Shown here one piece after another: positions 53,801-64,000 of a stretch of DNA of 64,000 bases; position 1 is the first letter of the stretch, and every line of letters begins with the position of its first letter. Made by a program: the position numbers and the translations under genes. Origin of the DNA: Adineta vaga (lineage: Eukaryota; Animalia; Rotifera); assembly GCA_021613535.1 (NCBI GenBank), contig CP075493.1, forward strand, positions 6,572,001 through 6,636,000. The letters are read 5' to 3'. The notes beneath the pieces are model-generated. The model had not been told where the DNA came from. It did not search any database and worked only from the letters and a program-made list of their open reading frames with translations.

Positions 53801-54289
53801 ATGAACTTACAAGAACAATTTTTAAAATCGGCACATTTAGTCATATGTTGAAGTACTGTCCTCATTGTTGCACAATGTGGTAATGTACAAAGATTTAATG
53901 ATGTCGTTGTTGATGCTGTTCCATGATTATCTCCATTGCAAACTTGTGCTTGTCGTTCACGTTGAAGACATTTATGTGCATGTAATAAAAGTGCAAGTTG
54001 TTGAATAATATTTCTTCGTGGATCATTTTGTTGTATAGATGTGAGATTCGATGTATCAATATCTGAACTAACAGATCCTGGTGTTGGTGGAATAAATGTC
54101 CGATGTGATAAATAATTATTTCCAGGAGGTGCGGGAGTTGATGGATACATCGAAGGAAGGATCGATCCCGAATCAATGCCATCGGACTATACACATGAAC
54201 AAAAAAATGAATGTTCATTTTTATTTGTTTAAACAAAAAAAAATACATACCCGATTTGACAATGGAGTATTGATATTATTGGTATTCAT
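47896..54289 (-). CDS. CBP: CREB-binding protein/p300 histone acetyltransferase, multi-exon
   Basis: TAZ1 [12 protein letters not shown]; [17 protein letters not shown]; bromodomain; [15 protein letters not shown]; [38 protein letters not shown] and LPYFEGDFW; ZZ; TAZ2; Q-rich tail. Confidence 0.96.
48208..48348 (-). repeat. Coding CAA/CAG polyglutamine tract (47 codons with Leu/Pro interruptions) in the CBP C-terminus
   Basis: (TTG/CTG)n on + strand, interrupted periodically by AAG. Confidence 0.95.
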
Positions 54290-54702
54290 ATCTGCATTGT
54301 TGGTGTAAATGTAACTAAATTCAGAAAATTTTAATTGAAATTCTTGTGAAGGAAGAAACAACAAAAAAAACAATTTGACCGATGGTCGTTCACTATCTAC
54401 CTATCAATCAATCAACTCTTTCCTTTCGCTCTATTTGACTGACTTAGTTGCTTGTGATCTAATTGGTGAATAGAGAAAGAGAGAGAGAGAGAAAAAAAAC
54501 ATCTAGGCTGACAGAAAGAGGTCGCTGTAAAATTGAATAAATACATTTTCTTTTTCTTATTTGTTAACATGGTTCGAATCGACATTTTTTTTCTTCTCTT
54601 TCTTCTATCATTGAAATAAATAAATAAATAAACAACAGTACCAAAGAGAGAAATCAAATCTGTAGAAGTCTTTGTTTATTTTTTTTCGATTCATTCAATT
54701 CA
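54290..54702. promoter_or_regulatory. Probable bidirectional promoter between CBP and the CDK7-like gene
   Basis: Divergent start codons ~410 bp apart, with a GA-repeat tract at ~54472-54492. Confidence 0.45.
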
Positions 54703-56168
54703 ATGGCGTCTGCAAAACCCGAAGATTATGTGATCGATGAAGTGATTGTCGAGGATTCAGTATGGTTCACTAGAGATTTAGTGACATTTCATCAGAAAAA
54801 TCATTCCTATTCTTTTAGCTTGTCGGAATCTATAAAGCTCGATATCTTCCAACAAGCGCAGAAGTTGCTATTAAAAAAGTAGATATTTTCGCAGCAATGT
54901 GGAATAAAAGAATAGATGAATTATGTTTCTATAGATCAAAGTTGGCCGCCATGGTGAATATACCGATTGGGCTGAACCGGCTGCAGAGAATGAAATGCAA
55001 ATGTTACGAAAATTAGATCATCCCAATATTATTAAAGTATAATTCGTTGTCGAGAATTCTGATTATGAATGTCTATGTTCTTCTTTTTCTTAGCTACTTG
55101 ATTCATTTTATACACCTGATTCTAAAGTTGCTGTATTAGTTTTTGAATTGATGTTTGCTGATCTAGGTGTAAGTTCAGATCTTTAAACAAAATCTTTCTT
55201 TCTAATTCTTTTCAATTATTTTAGCGTTTAATTCATTGTACAGACAATCGTTATTCTCATAGTCATATCAAATCCATGGTTCATATGATGCTTTCTGGTC
55301 TTGAATATATTCATTCATCTGGTATCATGCATCAAGTATGATCTTTTCTTTACATTCGATTCTTGAAAATATTGATTTTCTAATTGCATAGGATATCAAA
55401 CCAGGCAATATTATGATCGATACGAATGGTGTTATCAAAATTGCTGATTTTGGTATTTCAATCTATGTTGATGATGCAATTCGAAAACTTCATCGTCTAC
55501 CACCAGCTTGGTATCGATCGCCAGAATTTCTTCTCGGTGATCGTCAATATGGAACATCGACGGATATGTGGTCATTAGGTATTGTAATTGGTGAATTAAT
55601 CAATCGTCATATTGTCTTTCCAAGTAAAAGTGAAATCGAACAAATTCTTATGATCTATCGTTTACTTGGTGCACCCAATGATCAAACATGGCCAGAAGCA
55701 AAAAATTTCAAACATTTTCTTCAATTCAATGATGATAGTATGGTGAATAATGGCGAAACATTTGAAAAGAAATTTTCCAAAGCAAATGAACAAGAATTAA
55801 TATTATTAAAGAGTTTATTAGTTATGAATCCGAAATATCGAGCTACAGCTAAACAAGTATGAAATGAAAATAGTCTTTGTAAAAAAGGAATATATAATGT
55901 TTGTCTTTTTTTGCTAGGCTTTGGAATCTTCCTATTTTACAACTAATCCTCCGCCATCGAAACCTGAAGACATTCCACGTTCAGCAGCTCCACGTCATCG
56001 TCATAGTCGAGATCCATTTCATATGAATGATTTAAATGCGAATGATGAAAATCTTCCTAGTGATTACAGTCATTTGAATAGTAAATAGAATGAATTTGAT
56101 AATTTTAATCATCACTTTTGATTTTCATTTCTTTAGATGACACAAAACGACAACTTTTCTCTCCATAA
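54703..56168 (+). CDS. Atypical cyclin-dependent kinase (CDK7-like), multi-exon
   Basis: VAIKK|IKVGRHGEYTD..LDHPNIIK, LVFELM, HQ|DIKPGN, IKIADFG, WYRSPEFLLGDRQYG and DMWSLG, with a CDK-type insert. The Gly-loop and RD motif are altered. Confidence 0.8.
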
Positions 56169-56371
56169 ATTTTATTCGTCAGATAGTGATACATTTTTTT
56201 ATATAGATTTTTTTTTCTCTAATCATGTCAGATTGGTACAAATAAAAATACTTGCGTGTGTGTGTGTGCGATATTAAAAAATAGATATTTGAATGATTCA
56301 TTCATAACTTTTACTATTCTTGCATCATCTACTTTTTGTAGAAATCATTTTGTTTTCTCTCACGGAACGAT

Positions 56372-57951
56372 ATGGCATTTGTATTGAATCGAACATTGGG
56401 TCCGATTGTATCTGTAAGTGTATAGAATATTGTCTTTGATCATTGTACTATCTCTTCTAATTAGCGTCGTCTTTTACAACGAGCGATAACTACCGCAACG
56501 AGTGAACAACAATATCGTTTTCGTTCTCGTTTGCCATTTAATACAGTTGTTTTATTTGTACCACAACAAGAAGCATGGGTTGTAGAACGTATGGGTAAAT
56601 TTTATAAAACATTATCGCCTGTGAGTTAAGCTGAAAATATATATTTCAAGAATAATATAATCTGATATTTTCAAGGGTTTGAATATACTTCTACCGATTA
56701 TCGATAATATCCGTTATGTGCAAAGTTTGAAAGAAATTGCAATTGAAATTCCAAGTCAAACAGCTATATCAAAAGGTATTGAGATAGTTTGGTTTTTTTT
56801 TCTATATTATCTGTTCGTTCTATTTCTTTCTAGACAATGTTACACTGAGTATTGATGGTGTTCTATACCTTAAAGTTTTTGATCCTTATCTGGTAAATAG
56901 TAATTAATAAGTGAAATAGTATATACTTTTGTTATTAGGCTAGTTATGGTGTTGAAGATGCTGAATTTGCTGTCACACAACTTGCACAAACAACAATGCG
57001 TTCTGAAATTGGTAAAATCGCGCTGGATACAGTATTTCAGAGAGAGAATCACTCAATGCTGGTATTGTTGGTATGCCATTTTGTTTCTTTTCTTCTCCTA
57101 TTTATTATTGATGATATGATTTTGATTCTTGTCAGAGGCAATTAATAAAGCTTCCAAAGCTTGGGGCATCAATTGCCTTCGGTTAGTTTTTTTTTGTCTT
57201 TATAATTCAATAATATTCTATGTTGAATTAAATAGATATGAAATTCGTGATATTCGTCTTCCTCCGAGAGTTCAAGAAGCTATGCAAATGCAAGTTGAAG
57301 CTGAAGTAAATTGTTACGAGTAGTGAAAGACTAGATTCAATAAATCAATCTTTACTTTTAGCGACGTAAACGAGCCACTATTCTTGAGAGTGAAGGTGTT
57401 CGTGAAGCTCAAATCAATAAAGCAGAAGGTACAAAACAAGCTTCTATCTTAGCTAGTGAAGGTTTTAAACTTGAACAAATCAATAATGCAACCGGTGAAG
57501 CTGAAGCAATACGTGCAAAAGCCAATGCACGTGCCGAAGCACTTAAAATTATTTCTGATCAACTTCAAGCTGAAGTAAAATTTTAGTCCTTTTGTTCACT
57601 AAAAAAATTCATTTTATATTCCACCTTTAGGAAGGTCGCAATGCTGCTTCCTTACAAATTGCTGAACAATATGTTCATGCTTTTGGTAATCTTGCTCGAA
57701 CGAATAATACTATACTTTTACCAAGCAATACCGGTGACATGGCTTCAATGGTTGCATCTGCATTATCTATTTATAGTAATCTTCAAACAAAAGATCGACA
57801 AGGTTTTCTTTCTCAATCAACATCATCTTCTTCTTCATCATCAGCTCCTACAAACCAATCAATTTCTCCACCTATCGATGCCAAAGTAACCGATGACACA
57901 TCAACAGTACGGCGTGCTAAAAAAGCAATCAATGAAAAGGATACCCCATAG
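56372..57951 (+). CDS. STOML2: Stomatin-like protein 2 (SPFH/Band 7), multi-exon
   Basis: NTVVLFVPQQEAWVVERMGKF, QSLKEIAIEIP, YGVEDAEFAVTQLAQTTMRSEIGK, RYEIRDIRLP, AMQMQVEAERRKRA and AEQYVHAFGNLA. Confidence 0.95.
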
Positions 57952-58085
57952 GAATTTTTTGTTATAGAGTGTTTTTTTTAAAGAAACAAATAAAACAAGA
58001 ATCGAATGTGTTTAGTAAAAATGAAATATTTCTTTTTTTCTTCTACACGTTATTTGACTTTCCAAAACTTATCTTCTAGAAAGAT

Positions 58086-58819
58086 ATGTTTGTTGTGGCA
58101 ACATTGGATGATACAGTTTCGATTGCACCACATCTATTCAATGAACAATTGAGTACTATTGTTGCTGAAGAACTCGATCGAAAATTAGCCAATACAATAT
58201 TTCAAGAATTAGGATTATGTATATGCTTGTATGATATTATATCAATGGGTGATTGTATTCTATTACCGTCCGATGCAAATTTTCATATTAAAGTTAAATT
58301 TCGTTATGTCGTCTTCCGTCCAAATATTGATGAGATACTTGTTGGTAAGAATATTCTTGAATTTATACAAATGACTTTACTACTTGTTGTATATTTCACA
58401 CTTGTTAAAGGTAAAATTCGATCATCGAGTAAAGATGGTATTACAGTAACATTAGGCTTTTTTGATGATATTCTCATTCCATCGACTAAACTTCAACATC
58501 CATCACGATTTATTGAAGCCGAACAAACATGGGCATGGCAATACGAAACTGATAATGAAACACATGATCTTGTTATGGATATCGGAGAAGAAATTCGGTA
58601 AAGAAAATTCATTTCTTTTCATTTAATTATTTCTTCTCTTCTAGTTTTCGAGTTGTACAAGAAATCTTTGAAGATACAGCACCAAAAGAAATGCCGAATA
58701 ATAATACATCCGTAACACAAACTGGTAATGATGATGATAAGAAAGTACCTTATACAATCATTGGTTCAATATCTGAACCTGGTTTAGGATTAAAATCATG
58801 GTGGATCGAAACATCTTGA
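58086..58819 (+). CDS. POLR3H: RNA polymerase III subunit RPC8/RPC25, 3 exons
   Basis: LANTIFQELGLCICLYDI, VKFRYVVFRPNIDEILVGKI, LGFFDDILIP, GEEIRFRV and GSISEPGLGLKSWW. Confidence 0.95.
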
Positions 58820-59239
58820 TCAAAAGAATAGCGATGTAATAATGATGTTTTGTTTTGTGTTTAATTATCATCGCACGGCGAACATCAATTTTGTTATTAA
58901 ATAAATATTTGTTCTCTTTCACTCACTCTCTCTCTCTCTGAATCTCATAACTTTGCTTCAACAAAGCTTGTATTCTTTGTTTAATGAGAAAATGTCAACG
59001 ATTACTCGTCCATAAGTTTATTGGTATTTTTCGTTGATGCAACGACAGATCGATCGTACAACGAGAAAGTTTCGTATTTTGTGCGTGTATGATCTCTTTT
59101 ATTTCTTGTTTATTCAAACCTGTTAACAACATCCCTTCTGTAATCTCATATTGAACGAAAAGGTGACAATAATAACATCGTAAAACATTAATGTCGTTTT
59201 ATTTCAGTTTATAATCATTTGATGTTTCGATGAGACGCA

Positions 59240-60119
59240 ATGAAATACGGTTATTTCATGTATTGTTCTTACTTTTTCATAATTATAATGCTATCAACTA
59301 TCAATGCATGTGATGTCATGGGTTCACGTGCATGTGGTCAAAAACCAGAAAAAGAAGATCGTGAAACAGATCCAATTAAATATTGTATCGCATCACGAGT
59401 TTATTTTGAATGTGTTCATAAAAAATATCGTGGTTGTGAAAATAAAGAAAAATATGAAACAGCTATGGAATCAATTATGAAAGGTAAACATTAAAGAAAA
59501 TATATATTACAGTAGAATTAATAATACTTTCTGTGTTTTAGGCATTCGAAAACGTGTCGATGAATTGTTAGGTTTTTGTAGTAGTAAAATTGAAGATTAT
59601 AAATTTAATATTGTTTGGGATACTCCAAAACAACCTGAACCTTCGGATTCTGTTCGTAGTGGTGGTGGTGGTTCTCGTGGACTAAATTCACCAACAAGAA
59701 TTGATATTCTTGGTTCATCACCTGTTCAAACGCCAGGTTTCAATGATATTTGTCAAGTAAAAGTAATCAATGATTTATGTCAACCATTAATGATCAATGT
59801 TAAATTCAATCCATCATGGAATACAGTGAATAAACGTGGATGGTGTCAACAAGCAACAACATATTTTCGTTGTTTGAAATCTCGTTTGGATAAATGTCCA
59901 CAAGCAGAAGTTCAAAATCAATTTCAACAACTTGAACATTATCTTCAATCACAAATCAATATTAATTGTCCAGGTGGTGTAGATGGTTGTACACGTCATT
60001 CGGCTGATGCACGTTGTAAAATAGGTTCACCTCAAACGAATTCTGGTTCATCAAAATTTGTTCTTTGGCAGTTTTTTCTTCAATCGGTATTACAGATTCT
60101 ACTACTCTTGATATTTTAA
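59240..60119 (+). CDS. Secreted, probably GPI-anchored Cys-rich protein with two helical Cys repeats, 2 exons
   Basis: Signal peptide; repeats C..C..YC..YFECV...GC and C..C..WC..YFRCL...KC; small-residue omega-like NSGSS followed by a terminal hydrophobic tail. Confidence 0.7.
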
Positions 60120-61023
60120 ATAAAAAGAATTGATTTCTGTTTAATAATCGTATGTAACGATAAATGAAATTTAGTTCAATTTTAGTCGCTAATCTAAACA
60201 CTGCTCGTATAATTGATTATTAAAAAAGTTAACCGCGAAGCTTTTGTAAATGAAAGTCCTGGACGTGATGACGTATCAAATTTAGCTTCACATACTTCCA
60301 TTGTACTTTTGAAAAGAAATTAGCATAGATCATAACTGTTGTATTTCAGCATAGCACTTAAATTAATAAACTTTGCCAGTCGTAACATTAACTAGAGGAT
60401 TATCACTAGCTGAATTAAATACAAGTTCTAATGTTCGAATAATAGCAAGTAACATCTCGAGAACCGAACTTGAGGATTGTGGCAAACATCAAATTGAATG
60501 TCGATCTTGAATTAGATGAACAGTACTTTATTCTTCTAGTTCGCCATTCAAATTATCATTGGTATGATAACAAACTACGGATACAACGTCTTCCAAAGTT
60601 ACATTCTTATGAGTCATAAATATTCTATATATATATAGAAACATATTCAGCAAAATGATATCTTATCATTGACTCGAGAGATAAAAATAAACATTTCTTT
60701 TGACCTAACTGTATTGTATTGAAAAGTTATTTCAATGAACTTCGAGTTTAGTGAAACAAAGTCACCAATTGAAGTCATTTATCTCAGCATCTGGAGAGTT
60801 TTCAGATCTCTTGAGATTTATATTTTATTTCACTGAGCAGAGCACTGTCAGTATTTTCAAGATCGAATATATTTGTTTGATCATTTGACAAACTTTTATA
60901 CTTAGTAAATAAAAAAATAACAAAACAAATTTCTATTACAATTCGATATCACAGTAATGCTATAAAGATTTACTGTTAACTGTGTTTTATAAAACACGGA
61001 TTACACTGTTCTAAACTATTCTT

Positions 61024-62543
61024 TCAATTTTTTCGCATAGTAAAATACGTTGGATCGCCTTCAGCACGTCGAACATCTGCTAATTTTGCTTGTATTGATG
61101 TATACATATCGTATGGAGCTGGATCACTAGAATCACCGTGTTGTAAACTTGGAAAGAAATAAAATGAGAGTACAGCTACCATTGCTGATTGATCATAACG
61201 ATGTACATTGACTGAACCAGCTCGACGTTTACATTCTGTTTTTGATTGTATCGGCGCAATACAATTTGCATCAAGGGCACATGTTACCCATGTTTTAAGC
61301 ACAAGACGTGATAGAAAATTATCTGTGACTGCAACGAAACCTGCTTCAGCAATGTAGATATCATCAAATGTTGAGCCTATTTCATTAAACCATGTAAATG
61401 TTTTCTCTAATGTAAAACATGGCAAATAATGGCCAGGTAATTCTCGACATGAAAACCCACGAATTTCATTATCAATAAGTAAACGATTAAAATCTGAAGT
61501 ATTATAACGAACAGATGTATCACCATAAATAATAGAACCAAAACGTCGTACAGCGTCCTAGAAGAAAGACATTTTTCTTTTCTTTTTTCTTCTATCAGTA
61601 AATGTTTACCTGAATAACAATTGGTTTCCATGCAAAATTACCTAACATTCGAATATGACTGGCGACAGATTCGAATTCAGCAAATGGAAATTCAATTACT
61701 GCACAACGTTTACAATTGTCTTTGATCTATAAAAACGAATTGAAATGACTCTTTTCCTATGTTCATTAATTCAAATCTTACCATGTTAATTTGGCCTGGA
61801 TTAAATCCAAGATCATAAATAACAACTTTGTGATCTTTGAAAAATTGATCAACTGTTCGCATTGATGCTTGTAACATATTATAAAAATGTGTGTTTGACG
61901 CAAGAATAATAACCGGCTTTGGAAGTTCATCGACTGAAGTTTTTGTCCAACTTAAATGTTGATTATCAAAACCATCTGCTAAATAACTGGAAACTTGAGA
62001 TAAATAATGTATCAAGTTCGGTCTTATATCAATATGACCATTATCAGATACGGTAATATATCGTTGTAATAGACAATGAATATTGTATAAACGTTGCGTA
62101 TCATTAGCAAATGGACGTAATGTATTGTATAAATTAGTAAAACGAAATATCTGCAGATAATTGAAAGCATTACGAAATTTATCTTCATAAGCAATAAGAA
62201 TTTGAAAAAGTTTTTGTAATCGTTCGATCGTAGGTCGTGGTCGACTATCATTTTTCGGAGTTTTTGGTGATTTATAACGAAGTAAAGATTCAGTTTCATC
62301 AAAATTACATTTAATTGAACTGAATTTCTCGAGAAAAGATTCCTGTTCTTGTTTGACAGGTGTTGATTCATCTAATAATACTGGGTCGATAGGAGCATGA
62401 TTAATAAGCCGTAAATATGTTAAAAGAATGAGAATCATTAATATTACCAGTAGAAATCGAAGTCGAAAACATTTGCGTACACGAAGCATGAATAAAAGCC
62501 CTAAATTGGTCGGTTGCCCGACTCTGCTAGCCGGGCGTGTCAT
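61024..62543 (-). CDS. DUF1647-family type II membrane protein (putative glycosyltransferase-like), 3 exons
   Basis: N-terminal TM; IILASNTHFYNML; VVIYDLG; FAWKPIVI; ILFMVIHL region reading YGDTS in the spliced frame; WVTCALDANCIAP; HRYDQSA. Confidence 0.75.
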
Positions 62544-64000
62544 TGATAATTATCGATCACTATTCATAGTTTCTTCACATTGGTTATATTTGTTCTAAAT
62601 AAATGAAGCACAAAAAATTTCAAAAAGAAAAGTAATTTTAACGTCTAGCAGAATTCAATCATACAACTTAGTTACACAGAACGACAAAGAAAAACATTTA
62701 ACCGTCTCTCGCATGCTCATAGTATTGACAGAATGTACATACAAGAGTAGAATGAAAAGAAGTATACTTATACAGTAAAAGAATTCAAACTGTAATCTAT
62801 TTTTTTTTCTTTTAAATAATTTTCAAATGTAACATTGAAACAATGCTTACAATTGATAAGAACGTGACAAAATAAATTACATGTGCAAAAATAGAACGAA
62901 AGACACCGAATGAATGTCTATGTTTACTAATTGTCATACGATTGAATTTCAAATTAATTATCGTTTGAATTATGATAAAGTTCAGGTCATTGCAATTTCG
63001 TTCGATTTCTCTGCCAATCATGCGTAAGTGAAAGATCTAACTGTTAGTAAACTAAAAGAAAAGTGTCATACTTGTAACGAACAGAGAACTTCAATTTGAT
63101 GACTTTAATTTTTCATATGAATGATCGAAAGGTATGTACTGACTTCTAATAATGATTTTTTTTCTTGTATCGACGATGAAAAGAAATACACACGTAATTT
63201 TATGATTGATAGTATTGATGAGCTAATAGAGCAAAATAGTTGCTTTTATCGCTTGCCTGAGCAAGTTAAATAGGTATATGTCAACGAATGATATACATCA
63301 CACATGACATCATGCGAAACGTGACGATACAAAGATTTCGAGTTACAAAGAAAGCACTGCCTTTGATATATAATGATCAAATGACATACATACATTTCCT
63401 TGGCTCGTTAATAAATCAGACAATAGTAATTACTTTCATTAGAAGTTACCTCTACAGTTTTATCAAGTCAACAAGTCATATGGTGATGTATATGAACGAC
63501 AAGGACATGGAAACAATAACTTGCTAACATCTTCTTTCAATTATCGATCTATACCATTCCTACAGGTTCTATGTAATTTGATGTAAGTCTCAAACGACGA
63601 TAATCACCGAACTAAGTACACCGAAAAAACGATGAGAACATTCTGTTTAGTCTTTTTTTTATTATATCTGATAAGAAGAGAAGATGATGAAATAGAGATG
63701 TTAAGCTAAGAAGAAGAAAAAAAATAACCTTGTCGCATGCAATGAGAATCTATTCCCTTTGGGCTAATAGTCAAAATAATCGTCGATGACTTATTAATGT
63801 TTTAATACAGAACTATTTACATGTCTCTTGATATATTGATTTTACTTGATAAAAGTAATTGACAAGTAGAAATAGCGGAAAAAAATCGATATATATGTAA
63901 AAAATACTTGTACTCACAAGTTTTTCTTATACTGAATGAGAAAAACAAATACAAGCATTTATTTACCCACGAAACCATGTGGTTATTTTTCATGTTTATG

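Noticed and set aside
62600-64000. Short ORFs at the window end
   Set aside because: No recognisable protein features; likely upstream or intergenic sequence.

Overview
AT-rich, gene-dense eukaryotic (metazoan) DNA with many short (~50-65 nt) GT-AG introns. It mixes core animal genes with intron-containing bacterial-type genes, which best fits a bdelloid rotifer (inference, not proven). Core genes: 3' part of a Nav1-type sodium channel, a protocadherin, Sec24, LRBA/neurobeachin, GALE, CBP/p300, an atypical CDK7-like kinase, STOML2, POLR3H, a GPI-anchored Cys-rich protein and a DUF1647 protein. Accessory genes: a PqqB-like metallo-beta-lactamase-fold hydrolase, a frameshifted arginine-type ADP-ribosyltransferase, and a secreted Cys-module+GHL10 glycoside hydrolase. 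The most notable region is an ~8 kb insert between GALE and CBP (39.0-47.0 kb). It holds a head-to-head pair of prodomain-less C14 caspase-like genes (one with intact His-Cys, one His->Leu), an ARF-like gene with a nonsense codon, and a large protein with 8(+2) PBZ-type CCHH fingers around a putative DarT-like ADP-ribosyltransferase domain. Exon boundaries were read by eye and family calls come from motif recognition, not database searches.
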